From NCBI GenBank assembly GCA_963734545.1, contig CAVTHO010000004.1, positions 704,001 through 768,000 of the forward strand: a stretch of 64,000 nt of DNA, written 5' to 3'. The stretch comes from an uncultured Spirochaetota bacterium. Lineage in GTDB: Bacteria; Spirochaetota; Spirochaetia; SZUA-6; Fen-1364. The notes below the pieces were generated by a model, which searched no databases, was not told where the DNA came from, and saw nothing but the letters and a program-made list of their open reading frames with translations. The translations under genes were made by a program, and so were the position numbers. Below, piece after piece: positions 33,124-44,772 of this stretch (positions are counted from its first letter, which is position 1; every line of letters starts with the position of its first letter).

Positions 33124-33875
33124 AAAGTTTCATCGTCATGGCCGCCGCATGCCTTCTCATCTTCGGGACGTCCTTTTCGGCATACGCCCAGGAGGACGAT
33201 CTCTCCGCCCGGGACATTCTCAACAAGGCGGATGATGTGATGAATGGCGCCCGGGATCAGAAATACACGATGAAAATCGTCCTGATCGACAAGGCGGGAA
33301 ACGAGAAATCCCGGGAGCTCGTCATGCTCCAGAAGGGACGGGACAAGCGTCTGGCCCGGTTCCTCACACCCGCTGATCAGCGCGGCATCGCGTTCCTCTC
33401 CCTGCCGGGAGACGTGCAGTACCTGTACCTGCCGGCCTTCGGCAAAGTGCGCCGAATCGCGTCGCACGTGAAAAATACGAGCTTTGCCGGCACGGACTTC
33501 ACGTATGAGGACATGGAGGCGGTCCGGCTGGCGGATAAGTGGGAGCCGAAGATCCTCAGGCAGGAGCAGGATCAGACGGTGCTGGAAATGTCACCCCGAC
33601 CGGGCAAAGCCACTGACTATTCCAAGGTCATCCTGTGGGTGCGCAACGACAACTTCTACCCGGTCCGGGCGGAGAATTACGGCAAGGACGGGGCCCTCCT
33701 CAAGATCCTCGTGCGCGAAAAGCTGCAGCAAGTCAAAGGCTACTGGACATCGATGGAAACGACCATGGAAGACGTCCGGAAACAGCACAAGACCCGGATG
33801 CTGGTTTCAGACATGGCGTTCGACACGGGCGTTGCGGACGCGAAGTTCACCGAGCGCGCCCTCAGCCAGCAATAA
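33120..33875 (+). CDS. Outer membrane lipoprotein-sorting (LolA-like) protein
   Basis: PADQRGIAFL, YLYLPAFGKVRRI, FAGTDFTYEDM. Confidence 0.9.
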   Translation: MKSFIVMAAACLLIFGTSFSAYAQEDDLSARDILNKADDVMNGARDQKYTMKIVLIDKAGNEKSRELVMLQKGRDKRLARFLTPADQRGIAFLSLPGDVQYLYLPAFGKVRRIASHVKNTSFAGTDFTYEDMEAVRLADKWEPKILRQEQDQTVLEMSPRPGKATDYSKVILWVRNDNFYPVRAENYGKDGALLKILVREKLQQVKGYWTSMETTMEDVRKQHKTRMLVSDMAFDTGVADAKFTERALSQQ

Positions 33876-33887
33876 GGAGAAATCGTC

Positions 33888-35312
33888 ATGAAGAAGGTCA
33901 TCCTCGTCCTGGCAATGGCCGCGGGCATGGTCCTCTCGCAGGGGCTCGTCGCGGAAGAAGCGCCTGGTTCAACGGTCGTCACGGGATCCTCCGAGCTCGG
34001 CGGACCGGCCGCGGGGAACCCGGCCGGCGGAATCCGGATCGGCGGCCAGGTCAGGACCGATGACCGGGTATCCGCCGAATCGACGCCTCGGATGAACTAC
34101 CAGGAATATCGGCTGGATCTGACGACAGAGGCCCGGCCGACCGACAACGCGCGTTTTTTTGCGGATGCATGGGTGAGGTCCTCCGGCGTGTTGTCGAACG
34201 TGTCCTCGTCCGCGGACCTGTTCAACATGGGGAGCGTGTCGCCCCTGAACCTTGTGTTGCGGGAGGCATACTTCGAGATCAATGGATTCGTCTTCGACAA
34301 CGTCGACCTCAAGATCGGCCGGCAGCGCATTGCGTGGGGCACGGCGGACAAGCTGAATCCCACGGACAACGTCAATCCCTACGACCTGGAGGATGTCTGG
34401 GACTTCGGAAGACGGCTGGGGTCGGACGGCGTCCAGCTCTCCGTCTATGCGGGTGACCTCAGGTTCACGGGGATCGTCATTCCGGTCTTCACGCCTGCCG
34501 TGCTGCCGGCAGGAGAGTGGGCAACGGCGCTGATGCCCGCCTCCATGCAATTGCCGCCGGGACTCACCGTAGCGGCCACGACTGCCGATGTATCGCTCCC
34601 CGCCGTCTCTCTGGCGGACAGCATCACTGCCGGCATCAAGGTAAAAGGCAGCATCCTCGGCTACGATGTGTCACTCAGCTACCTTTACGCCCGGGACAGC
34701 CTCCCGATCGTAGACAGCGTTGTGGTCACTCCCACCGCGGTGCCCGGCACCGTGGACGTGAGCACGAATCTCTTCTACCCTCGGGAGCACGTCTTCGGCG
34801 CAGACATGGCCGGATCCATTCTCAGCGTGGGCGTGTGGGCAGAGGCGGCCCTGTTTCTTCCCGAAAAAGTGATGCTCACGACCGATACCACCGCACTCGG
34901 CGGGGGCGCCCAGGAATCGGTTGCGCTCGACAGCTCTCCGTACGTGAAGCTCGTTCTCGGAGGTGACTACACGTTCCCCGGCAATGTGTACCTCAACGTG
35001 CAATACGCTCACGGCTTCTTTCAGGAGCGGGGCGCCGACAACCTCGAAGATTACTTCGTGTTCGGACTCGACTGGAAGCTGTTCGACGACAAGCTCAAGA
35101 TTTCTCCGCTCGGAGTGGTCGTGGAGATCAAGGACTGGAGCGACCTGCCGCACAACTACGCGATCCTTGCCGCGCCGTCCCTCACGATCCTCCCGATCGA
35201 CAATGCCGAGCTGATCGTGGGGCTCCACCTGATCCAGGGGACCGCGACCACGACATTCGGAAAGCTCAACAACAGCAACGAGGTCTTTCTCCAGGCGAAG
35301 TACAGCTTCTAG
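33888..35312 (+). CDS. Outer-membrane beta-barrel (DUF1302-like)
   Basis: LREAY, IGRQRIAWG, NPTD, terminal AKYSF. Confidence 0.75.
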   Translation: MKKVILVLAMAAGMVLSQGLVAEEAPGSTVVTGSSELGGPAAGNPAGGIRIGGQVRTDDRVSAESTPRMNYQEYRLDLTTEARPTDNARFFADAWVRSSGVLSNVSSSADLFNMGSVSPLNLVLREAYFEINGFVFDNVDLKIGRQRIAWGTADKLNPTDNVNPYDLEDVWDFGRRLGSDGVQLSVYAGDLRFTGIVIPVFTPAVLPAGEWATALMPASMQLPPGLTVAATTADVSLPAVSLADSITAGIKVKGSILGYDVSLSYLYARDSLPIVDSVVVTPTAVPGTVDVSTNLFYPREHVFGADMAGSILSVGVWAEAALFLPEKVMLTTDTTALGGGAQESVALDSSPYVKLVLGGDYTFPGNVYLNVQYAHGFFQERGADNLEDYFVFGLDWKLFDDKLKISPLGVVVEIKDWSDLPHNYAILAAPSLTILPIDNAELIVGLHLIQGTATTTFGKLNNSNEVFLQAKYSF

Positions 35313-37438
35313 GTTGCCCCGCCGGTCTGGATATTCACCACGGTGGGGATGGTGCGCAGGCTCTTCATCACCCGGCCGAAATCCTCCCGGTTGTCCAGCT
35401 CGACGGTGAAGAACCCGCGGAGCACCTCGTGGTTGCTCTCCTCCAGCTTGCCCTCGATCAGGTGGCCGCCGAACTTCTTCAGCGCACCCTCGATCTCGGA
35501 GAACAGGTTGGATGTCAGGCGCGCCGTGACCTGGAAGCGGCGGGTCGATTTGGGTGAGACGGTCTCCCACTCCACGTCCATGCTGCGCTCGGCGAAGTCC
35601 TTGATGGAGGCGATGCTGGGACAGCCGATCCTGTGCACGGTGATGCCCCTGCCGCGCGAGATGTAGCCCACGATCGAGTCGCCGGTGGACGGCGTGCAGC
35701 ACTGCGCGATGCGGATCATGATGTTGCGTTCCTGGCCGATCCTGATGGACACCTTGGAGGGATCGCGGATCTGCGTCTCCGGCTCGGCGGGCTCCCCCTC
35801 CTTCGGCTTCTGATACACGATGGCCCGGGGAGCTTCCTCCTTCTTGCGGGCCACGATGTTGCGGTCGAAGATCAGGCCCGGATCGTTCTGCGCCAGCCAA
35901 TGCTTGACCTTGGAGCGCGCCTTGGAGGTCTTCACGTAGCGCAGCCAGTCAAGGTGCGGGTGCGCGGTCTGGGAGGTCATCACCTCCACCACCTGCGTGT
36001 TCTTCAGGGGCTCCTTCAGCGGGATGATGGCCCCGTCCGCCTTTGCCCCGGTGCAGCGGTCGCCGATGTCGGTGTGGATGTGGTAGGCGAAGTCGATGGC
36101 AGTGGAACCGGCGGGCAGCTCCACGACGTCCCCCTTCGGGGTGAAGACGTAGATGGAGTCCCGCAGGAGCTCCTTTCGTATCTCGTCCAGGAAGTCTCCC
36201 GAGGCCGCCCCTGCGCCCTGCCATTCACGCAGCTTGTTTATAACGGAGAGCTCCTTGGTCTTTTCCTCTTCCTTGAGAGCGCCGCTCTTGTACAGCCAGT
36301 GCGCCGCGATCCCGTTCTCCGCGGTCTGGTGCATTGCCTGGGTGCGGATCTGGATCTCGATGATCTTTCCCGCGTAGCCCATGACGGTAGTGTGCAGGCT
36401 CTGGTAGCGGTTGGACTTGGGCATGGCGATGTAGTCCTTGAACCTGCCCTCGATGGGCATCCACAGCTTGTGCACCAGGCCGAGCAGCTCGTAGCACTGG
36501 CTGGTGGTCTCCACGAGCACCCGAAGACCAAGGAGGTCGAAGATCTCCTCCAGAGGCTTCCCGCGCCGGCGCATCTTCAGGTAGATCGAATAGAAATGCT
36601 TGGCCCGTGTCTCGATCTCTATGGGGATCCCGGCCGCCGCCGCCTCCCGCGTGATGGCCGCCTTCACGCGCTCCAGGTAGCTGGCGCGCTCGATCTTGCG
36701 GTCCGCCACGAATTGCCGGATCTGCTCGTACACGGCAGGCTGGATGTGCTTGAGGCTGAGATCCTCCAGCTCATCCTTGATGCGCGAGATTCCCAGCCGG
36801 CCCGCCAGCGGCGCGTAGATATCCAGCGTTTCCATGGCAATGCGCTTACGGTCCTCTTCCTCGAGATAGTGGAGGGTGCGCATGTTGTGCAGCTTGTCCG
36901 CCAGCTTGATGAGGATGACGCGGACGTCCTTCACCATGGCAAAGAGCATCTTGCGGATGGTCTCGGCGTGCTGCAGGGAACGGGACCTTCCGCGCAGCAC
37001 GGAGATCTTCGTGACCCCCTGCACGAGGCTCTCCACCTCCCTGCCGAACTCCTTGCGCAGGGCCGCCTTGCTGGTCTCCGTGTCCTCCAGCACATCGTGC
37101 AGGAGCGCGGCAATGACTCCCTGGGAGTCCATGTGGATGTCCACGAGAATCGAGGCGACGCTCAGCGGGTGGATGAAGAACGGGTCCCCGGACGCCCGCT
37201 TCTGCTCCCCGTGCAGGCGCCGGGCCCAGTCCGCGGCGGAAAGGATCTTGTCGCGCTCCTCCACCGTGTAGACGGCGAGCTTTTCCTTGAAGTATGTGAG
37301 AAGCTCCGCTACCTCGTTCGCGGCAATGGCGACAGGGATGGCGGCGCGATCGGGCGCGGGGTCTGCCGCGGGGCGGTCCGGTTCACCCGTGCGTGTACTC
37401 ACGCGAGGCGCGTACTCAGCCATGGGGGTGCTCACCAT
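35309..37438 (-). CDS. rel: Bifunctional (p)ppGpp synthetase/hydrolase
   Basis: [37 protein letters not shown] (DFAYHIHT), CCTP, ACT. Confidence 0.95.
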   Translation of the reverse strand: MVSTPMAEYAPRVSTRTGEPDRPAADPAPDRAAIPVAIAANEVAELLTYFKEKLAVYTVEERDKILSAADWARRLHGEQKRASGDPFFIHPLSVASILVDIHMDSQGVIAALLHDVLEDTETSKAALRKEFGREVESLVQGVTKISVLRGRSRSLQHAETIRKMLFAMVKDVRVILIKLADKLHNMRTLHYLEEEDRKRIAMETLDIYAPLAGRLGISRIKDELEDLSLKHIQPAVYEQIRQFVADRKIERASYLERVKAAITREAAAAGIPIEIETRAKHFYSIYLKMRRRGKPLEEIFDLLGLRVLVETTSQCYELLGLVHKLWMPIEGRFKDYIAMPKSNRYQSLHTTVMGYAGKIIEIQIRTQAMHQTAENGIAAHWLYKSGALKEEEKTKELSVINKLREWQGAGAASGDFLDEIRKELLRDSIYVFTPKGDVVELPAGSTAIDFAYHIHTDIGDRCTGAKADGAIIPLKEPLKNTQVVEVMTSQTAHPHLDWLRYVKTSKARSKVKHWLAQNDPGLIFDRNIVARKKEEAPRAIVYQKPKEGEPAEPETQIRDPSKVSIRIGQERNIMIRIAQCCTPSTGDSIVGYISRGRGITVHRIGCPSIASIKDFAERSMDVEWETVSPKSTRRFQVTARLTSNLFSEIEGALKKFGGHLIEGKLEESNHEVLRGFFTVELDNREDFGRVMKSLRTIPTVVNIQTGGAT

Positions 37439-38297
37439 GCGGGTATGCCTGCGTGACGGGGTCCAGCCTTCCGGCCAGCACCCTGTCGCTTCCCGCGAGA
37501 TCCTTTTCCACGTCGATGCTGTGAAACCCCGCCTGGTCCATCAGCGCGTAGAGCTTGTTGAACTGGGACGGCGCCGCCTCGAGGACCAGCCATCCGCCCG
37601 GCACGAGCTTTCCCGGCGCCGAGCGGATGAGCTTCTCCGCGAGGACCGTTCCGTCGGCGCCGCCGCGAAGGGCCAGCTCCGGCTCGGGCCAGCCGAGCTT
37701 CCGCATGTCCGCCACCTCATCGTCGCGCAGGTAGGGAGGATTGGAGGTGATCACTTCAAAAGGCCCGGGCACCCCTTCCAGCAGGTCGGAGCGGAATGAA
37801 GGAAGCCCCCGGCCGAGGAGCCGCTCCGCGTTCATGCCCGCCACTTCCAGCGCCGGCGGGGAGATGTCGGACGCGCTCACCTCCAGCACGGGCAGGGTCC
37901 GCTGCAGCGCAATGCCGATGCACCCCGAACCGGTGCACGTGTCGTGCACCCGGCGCAGCCGCGGGTCCCCGCGCACGAGCCGCAGCACTTTCTCCACGAG
38001 CACCTCGGTGTCGGGCCGCGGCACCAGCACGCGCTCGTCCACGAAAAAATCCAGGCCGTAGAACTCCTTGACGTGACGGATGTAGGAGACCGGGGTGCCC
38101 GCGCAGCGCTTGTCCACGAGCGCGCGGTAGCGTTCTTCCTCCTGCGGGCTCACGGAGTCCGGGAGCGACGCCAGGAGGTGCTCCTTGTCCGTGCCCCGCG
38201 CGTGGGCAAGCAGCACAAGGGCGTCCAGGAGCGGCGTGTCCACTTCCGCGAAGAAAAGCGTGTCATAGCCCTGCGTGAGCAGGGACCGGACGGTCAT
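37416..38297 (-). CDS. prmC: Release factor glutamine methyltransferase
   Basis: [23 protein letters not shown]. Confidence 0.95.
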   Translation of the reverse strand: MTVRSLLTQGYDTLFFAEVDTPLLDALVLLAHARGTDKEHLLASLPDSVSPQEEERYRALVDKRCAGTPVSYIRHVKEFYGLDFFVDERVLVPRPDTEVLVEKVLRLVRGDPRLRRVHDTCTGSGCIGIALQRTLPVLEVSASDISPPALEVAGMNAERLLGRGLPSFRSDLLEGVPGPFEVITSNPPYLRDDEVADMRKLGWPEPELALRGGADGTVLAEKLIRSAPGKLVPGGWLVLEAAPSQFNKLYALMDQAGFHSIDVEKDLAGSDRVLAGRLDPVTQAYPHGEHPHG

Positions 38298-39370
38298 GCG
38301 CTCTCCGATGTGAGGGCCGTCTCCTGCGCGTGCAGGCGGAGCGCGTCGATGAACTCCGTGATCTCCCCCTTCATCACCGCGTCGAGCTTGTACAGGGTGA
38401 GATTGATGCGATGGTCCGTCACCCTGTTCTGCGGGAAATTGTACGTGCGGATCTTCTCCGCCCTGTCCCCGGAGCCGATCTGGCTCTTGCGGGCCTGCGC
38501 GCGCTCCGCGTGCTTGCGCTCCTCTTCCGCCTCGTAGAGGCGCGCGCGGAGGATCCGCAGCGCCTTGGCCTTGTTCTTGTGCTGGCTCTTCTCGTCCTGG
38601 CAGTGCACCACGATGCCCGAGGGAAGGTGGGTGATGCGCACCGCGGAGTCCGTGGTGTTGACGCTCTGCCCGCCGGGACCGCCCGAGCGCATCACGTCGA
38701 TGCGGAGCTCGTTCTGGGTTGATCTCGATCTCCGTTTCTTCCATCTCGGGAAGCACGGCCACGGAGGCCGTCGAGGTGTGGATCCTGCCGCCCGCCTCGG
38801 TGACGGGCACGCGCTGGACCCTGTGCACGCCGCTTTCGTAGCGCAGACCGGGCGTAGACGCCCTTGCCGGTGATGGAGGAAATGATCTCCTTGAAGCCCC
38901 CGATGCCGGTGGGGCTGGAGGACAGGATCTCTATCTTCCACTTCAGCGAGTCGACGTAATAGGTGTACATGCGGAAGAGGTCGGCGGCAAAAAGCGCCGC
39001 CTCGTCGCCCGCCCGTCCCTGCCCTGATCTCCATGATGACGTTCTTGTCGTCCAGGGGATCCTTCGGCACGAGGAGCGTCTTCAGCTTCTCCACGGAAGC
39101 GGCCTTGCGGCTTCTCAAGGGCCGCCAGTTCCTCCCGGGCCATCTCCTTGAGCTCGTTGTCTTCCGCGCCTTCCGCGAGGTCCCGGTTGGAGGCGATCTC
39201 CGACTCGATGGCGTTGTACCTGCCGAACTCCTCCACGAGGTCGCGTGAGGGACGCGTGCTCCTGGCGCAGCTCCCGGTAGCGGTTCTGGTCTCGTGATGA
39301 CCTCGGGGTCCGAGATGAGCGCCTGCAGCTCCTCGTATCTTTTCCTGCTTCTCTCGAGCTTGTCGATCAC
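38294..39370 (-). CDS. prfA: Peptide chain release factor 1 (several indels)
   Basis: [18 protein letters not shown] (PVT = RF1), [16 protein letters not shown] distributed over three frames. Confidence 0.93.
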   Translation of the reverse strand: MIDKLERSRKRYEELQALISDPEVITRPEPLPGAAPGARVPHATSWRSSAGTTPSSRRSPPTGTSRKARKTTSSRRWPGRNWRPLRSRKAASVEKLKTLLVPKDPLDDKNVIMEIRAGTGGRRGGAFCRRPLPHVHLLRRLAEVEDRDPVLQPHRHRGLQGDHFLHHRQGRLRPVCATKAACTGSSACPSPRRAAGSTPRRPPWPCFPRWKKRRSRSTQNELRIDVMRSGGPGGQSVNTTDSAVRITHLPSGIVVHCQDEKSQHKNKAKALRILRARLYEAEEERKHAERAQARKSQIGSGDRAEKIRTYNFPQNRVTDHRINLTLYKLDAVMKGEITEFIDALRLHAQETALTSESA

Positions 39371-39385
39371 GTCTGTACTGTCCTT

Positions 39386-40720
39386 TCAGGCGCCCAGAAT
39401 CTGCCTGATCTCCTCTGTCCGCGCCTGGGCGATCTCTCGATTGCGCGCCTCCAGCCGCAGGCGAAGGAGCGGCTCCGTGTTGCTCGGCCGCACGTTGAAC
39501 CAGAAGTCGTCGAACTCGATGGAGACGCCGTCCAACCGGTCGATCCGGCCGCCGGCGAACCTGCTCTCTATGGCCTGCATGGCCTTCTGCTTGTCCGCCA
39601 CCTCCACGTTGATCTCGGGAGACTGCGCGTAGCGGCCGCGCAGGGGCTCCACGAGCTCCGAGAGACGGCGGCCGCTCTCACCCAGCAGCCGCAGAACGAC
39701 CGCAAGGGCGTAGGCGGCGGATTCCGTGTAGTAGGTATCGCTCACCTTGAAGTACACGTGCCCGGAGGTCTCCGCCCCGAACACGGCGTGCGTGGCGACC
39801 ATCTGGTCGTAGAGGAACGTGTACCCGACCCGCGAGACGACCGGTTTTCCCCCCAGCTCGTGTATCCGCTCGGGAAGAACGCGTGACGAGATCAGGTCGT
39901 ACACGATCGTCGCGCCCTTCTGGCGCGCAAGAAGCTCCTGGGAAACGAGACAGGAGAGAAAATAGTTCTCTATGCCTCGTCCCTTTTCGTCCACGAAAAG
40001 GATCCGGTCTCCGTCACCGTCGAGGATCACGCCGAATGCCGCCCCGCGCCGGACCACCGCTTCCGCCGCCTGCTTCTTCGACTCTTCCTTCAGCGGGTTG
40101 GGGTCATGATGGGGGAAATTGCCGTCCGGCTCTTCGTTCAGGATCAGGGCGTCCACGCCCATGACCTCGATGAGCCGGCGGAATACCGGTCCCGACGATC
40201 CGTTGGAGATGTCGATCACGATCCCGCCGACGGGCTTCTTCGAGCTTCCCGCGCCGGCAATGAACTCCACGTACTGCTCGAGCCCGTCGATTTCCATGAA
40301 AGCGCGCGAGGGGATGGAAGCCGGCGCGCTGATGCCCTGCACGAGAGCCTCCACGTCTTTCAGACCCTTGTCATAGCTCAGCGACCCACCGGTGCCGTCG
40401 AAGACCTTGAACCCGTGGTATTCCTTCGGATTGTGGGACGCGGTCACCATGACGGCCGCCGCCATCCCTTCGTCCATCTGCGTGTAGTGAAGAAGGGGCG
40501 TGCTTGCCAGCCCGATCCCGGTCACCTTCGCGCCCTCATCGATGAGACCCGAAGCCACTGCCGCGTACAGCTCGGGGGAATGCAGACGCGCGTCGTGGCC
40601 GATGAGCCAGGTCTTTGCCTTCATATGTCGGACCAGGGCCCTGCCGAGCCTGTACGCGAACGCATCGTCTATGCCCTGGCCCCAGACGCCCCGTATATCA
40701 TAGGTTTTGAATACGCTCAT
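39386..40720 (-). CDS. Phosphomannomutase/phosphoglucomutase
   Basis: FKTYDIRG, TASHNP, DGDGDR, AETSGH, RPSNTEP. Confidence 0.93.
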   Translation of the reverse strand: MSVFKTYDIRGVWGQGIDDAFAYRLGRALVRHMKAKTWLIGHDARLHSPELYAAVASGLIDEGAKVTGIGLASTPLLHYTQMDEGMAAAVMVTASHNPKEYHGFKVFDGTGGSLSYDKGLKDVEALVQGISAPASIPSRAFMEIDGLEQYVEFIAGAGSSKKPVGGIVIDISNGSSGPVFRRLIEVMGVDALILNEEPDGNFPHHDPNPLKEESKKQAAEAVVRRGAAFGVILDGDGDRILFVDEKGRGIENYFLSCLVSQELLARQKGATIVYDLISSRVLPERIHELGGKPVVSRVGYTFLYDQMVATHAVFGAETSGHVYFKVSDTYYTESAAYALAVVLRLLGESGRRLSELVEPLRGRYAQSPEINVEVADKQKAMQAIESRFAGGRIDRLDGVSIEFDDFWFNVRPSNTEPLLRLRLEARNREIAQARTEEIRQILGA

Positions 40721-40919
40721 ACTGATATGATAACATGGATGAAAACGAGGAGGGAAGGCCGTAGCCATGGATGCCGCCGGAGCGGCCGCATGGCGAGGGC
40801 GAGCGAGGCCAGTGACGCGCCGGCCACTCACAGCCACTGTTGACATCGCGTGAGCGTGCCTGTACCTTTGTTCCGGTCTTCTCGCCACGCCTAGACACAT
40901 TTCCAAGCGGAAGGAAGAG

Positions 40920-42811
40920 ATGGGACCAACCCTCATCGGGCTGCTCCAGGAATCTGTCGTCAAGTTCGCATCACTTGCAGCTCTCAAATCACCGGGCCCG
41001 AACGGGAGTTTCCAGACTGTCACGTTCGCGGAGCTGTACAATGCGGTCAAGGAGCTCGGCACCGGGCTGATCTCCATCGGGCTGCAGCCCCACATGCATG
41101 TCGCCATGCTCGCGGAGAACAACCCGCGCTGGCTCATTGCGGACCTCGCCATCCTGGGATGCGCGGCGGTCGACGTGCCCGTGAGCACCCGGATGACCGA
41201 CAGGGAGCTGGAGTACGTGATTGCCCACGCCGACTGCGATCTTGCCGTCGTGGAGGATGCCACCGCGCTGCACCGCATCCTCGCGCTGCGCAGGCGTCTG
41301 CCCCGGCTGCGCAAGGTGATCGTGATAGACTTCGCGGGCTCCAAGCCCCAGGCAGGCACCGGGGAAGAGCGCGTGATGATCTACACGTGGGACGAGGTGC
41401 TGAAAAAGGGAAAGACGCGGATCGCGAGGGGCGAGCGCCAGTTCGAGCTTCGCGGCGCCAGCGTCACCCCCGCCGACACGGCCACGCTCCTGTACACCTC
41501 GGGCACCACCGGGCGGCCCAAGGGAGTGATGCTCTCCCACGGCAGCATCATGCACAACGTGACCAGCGTGCACGCCAGCATCAGCCCCGAGTCGGGCACG
41601 ACGTGGCTGTCGGTGCTGCCCGGTCTGGCATTCCTTCGAGCGCACGGTCGAGTACTGCAGCCTCTCCTTCGGAAGCACCATCGCCTACTCGCAGCCCTCG
41701 GATTGGAGGATCTTCGACGACCTGCGCGCGCTCCGGCCCAATTACCTCGTCATGGTGCCCGCGCTCCTGGAAAGCCTGGAGAAGAGCATCGTCAAGAAGT
41801 TGAATATCGTGGATGACCTTTTCATCAGGTTCGAGAAGTTCTACCAGGTCTTCTCCGGCTTCATCGTGGGCAGCTACCCCCGATTCCGCCGGGAGGAGCG
41901 GCTGCTGGAGATCCTGGCCGCCATCCCGCCCCTTCTCCTGCTCTCCCCGCTGAAGGCCGCGTCACCAGCTCGTGCTCCGGCGCAAGGTGCAGCGTCTGCT
42001 GGGGGGCAAGCTGCAGGCCATCATCTGCGGCGGCGGCCCGCTGCCGGCCTATCTGGACAGGTTTTTCAACGCCATCGGCGTGAATATCCTGGAGGGCTAC
42101 GGCCTCACGGAAGCCTCTCCCATCGTGAGCATGCGCGCCGAAAAGTCGCCCGTGCTCGGGACGGTGGGCAGGCCGCTTCCGTCCACCGAGATCAGGATCC
42201 TGGGAGAGGCCGGCGATATTCTCCCGCCCGGGCGCAAGGGAATCGTCCACATCAAGGGTCCCCAGATCATGCTGGGCTACTACAAGGACCCCGCGGCCAC
42301 GCGCCAGATGCTTTCCCCGGACGGCTGGCTGAACACCGGTGACACGGGCATCCTCACCGTGGACGGCAATCTCGTCATCACCGGCCGGATGAAGCACACA
42401 ATCGTCATGAGCTCGGGAGAGCGGGTGGAGCCCGAGCCCATCGAAATGGTGATCCAGGAGTCACCGTACGTCCAGGCCGCGGTCGTCGTGGGAGACAGCC
42501 GTGATTCCCTGGGACTGCTCATCGTGCCCAACATGGATTCGCTTCGGAGCCTGGCGGAATCGCGCAAGATCCCGTGGACGGATCCGAAAGACCTGGTGGG
42601 AAACCCCGCCGTGTACCGGTTCTACCAGGAGGAAGTGCAGAACCGGCTGGTGAACAACGGAATCTATTTCCCCGGTGGCAAGGCGGCAAAGATCGCGCTG
42701 CTGCCGTCTGATTTCGAGATCGGGCGGGAGCTCACCCGGACCCTCAGCAAGCGGCGCGAGGTGATCGTGGAGCTGTACGGCGGCGTCATCGAGCGGCTTT
42801 ATCGCTCCTGA
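40920..42811 (+). CDS. fadD: Long-chain fatty acid--CoA ligase (frameshifts near 41620 and 41960)
   Basis: YTSGTTGRPKGVMLSH, EGYGLTE, GWLNTGD. Confidence 0.85.
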
Positions 42812-44763
42812 GTCCTTCGATTCCTTCCCGCAGCGCGCCGATCCGCGAATCGACTTCTTCCCAGCGCGTCATTGACCGCGCGTGCCGGTCGTGGTTCTCC
42901 TCGTGCAGTTTTCGAAGCTCCCTCATGCGCCCGCCGTTTGCATAGGCCTCGGGCAGGGCCATCGACTCCTCGATCCCGCGCCGGGCCGCCTCCAGCTCCT
43001 CGAGCTGCTGGATGAGGATTCCCTCCTCCCGTTCCAGGGCGCGCAGCTCGCTCTTGAGCCTCTTTTCCTCCTGCCGCTCCATCTGCGTCGCGGTCGCGGT
43101 CTTTGTCTCCACGGCGCCGGAGACGGGAGCAGCGCCCGCCTGCGCGTCGGCTTCCTGCGCCGCGCGCCTCAGGTAGTAATCGTAGTCCCCCGGGAGGTAG
43201 CGCGCGCCTCCGCCCTTCACTTCCAGCACGGCGGTGGCAAGGTGGGAAATGAAGTGCCTGTCATGGGACACGAAGATCACGGTCCCGGGGAAATCCCGCA
43301 GCGCGCCGAGCAGGACGTCCTTGGAGGCGAGGTCCAGGTGGTTTGTCGGCTCGTCGAGGATCAGGAGGTTGGCCGGTTTCAGAAGGAGCATGAGAAGGGC
43401 GAGCCTGCTCTTCTCTCCGCCGCTCAGCACGGAGACGCTCTTGAAGACATCATCCCCCCGGAAGAGAAACGCGCCCAGCAGGGTGCGCAGCTCGGGAATG
43501 AGCGGGGTCGGGGCGCCCTCCTCCATCTCCTCGATGACCTGGCGGGTGCTCGTCCATGAGTCGGCATTTTCCTGTGAGTAGAATGCCGGCACGACGCCGG
43601 TGCCCCACTTCAGCGCGCCCGTGTCGGCCTGCTCGCGGCCCGAGATGAGCCGGAGCAGGGTGGACTTGCCGGCGCCGTTGACCCCGACGACCACCAGCTT
43701 GTCCCCCCGGGAGATCTCCACGTTGACACCGTCGAATACGAGTTTGTCGCCATAGCGTTTTGAGAGACCCTCCGCGGAGAGCACGAGCCTTCCCGAGGGC
43801 GGGGGAGACGGAAAGGAGAAGTGGATGGCCTTCACCACCGGCGGGACCTCGATGCGGACGAGCTTCTCGAGCGCCGTTATCCTGCTCTGCACGAGACGCG
43901 CCTTGGAGGCATTGTAGCGGAACCGGCGGATGAACGCCTCGACGTGGGCAATCTCCTCCTGCTGGGCGCGCCAGCGCTCCATGATCGCCTCGAGCTCCTT
44001 CGAGCGGACCTCCTCGTAGTGCGTGTAGTTCCCGGAGAAGACCGACACGCGCGCCATGTAGATCTCCGCGACGGAGTTCACCGACCACGTCCAGGAAATA
44101 ACGGTCGTGAGAGACGAGAAGCATTCCGCCGCGGTAGTCTGCGAGGAACTCCTCCATCCAGGTGCGGGCCTCTATGTCGAGGTAGTTGGTGGGCTCGTCC
44201 AGGAGCAGGATGTCGGGAGCTTCCAGGATGGCGCGCGCCAGGGCGATCCTCATCTGCCAGCCCGCGGAGAACGAGGGACAGGGGGCATCGAAGTCCTCCG
44301 GAGAGAACCCCAGCCCCCGCAGCACCCGGTGGATCGCCTCCGCGCGCGCGTAGTAGCCGCTGGCCTCCAGCCGCTGCTGCAGCTCGTGATGCTTCCACAG
44401 CAGCGCATTCCCCTCGGCAGACTCGGAGGAGAGCGCCCCCAGGCGCTGCTCCAGCGCGGCGATCTCCTCCAGGAGCATTTTCCCGCGGGAGAAGGCCTTC
44501 TCCGCCTCCTCGCGGAGCGTACAGTCCGTGTGCACCACTCCGGACTGGGGCACGTAGGATACCCGCGTATCCTTCTCCGCCACCACGGTGCCCATGTCCG
44601 GGACCGAGAGACCGGCCATGATGCGCATGAGCGTCGTCTTGCCGCTGCCGTTGGGGCCCACGAGGGCCGCGCGTGATCCGGTGGAAATCGTGAGATTCAC
44701 GGAGTCCAGAAGTTTCCTGTCTCCGAAAGAGACGGAGACACCAGAGAGGCTGACGAGGGGCAT
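42786..44763 (-). CDS. ABC-F family ATPase (frameshift near 44080)
   Basis: Two Walker A motifs (GPNGSGKT, GVNGAGKS), two LDEPTN, C-terminal coiled coil. Confidence 0.92.
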
Positions 44764-44772
44764 CGGGTCCTT

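Noticed and set aside
35633-37456. Long antisense ORFs (607 aa here, 517 aa at 22848, 488 aa at 54490 and others)
   Set aside because: Shadow ORFs opposite well-supported genes, expected from high GC3
38294-39370. Programmed frameshift in the release factor
   Set aside because: This is RF1 (PVT motif), it has several indels and no CTT-TGA slippery site; sequencing error is more likely
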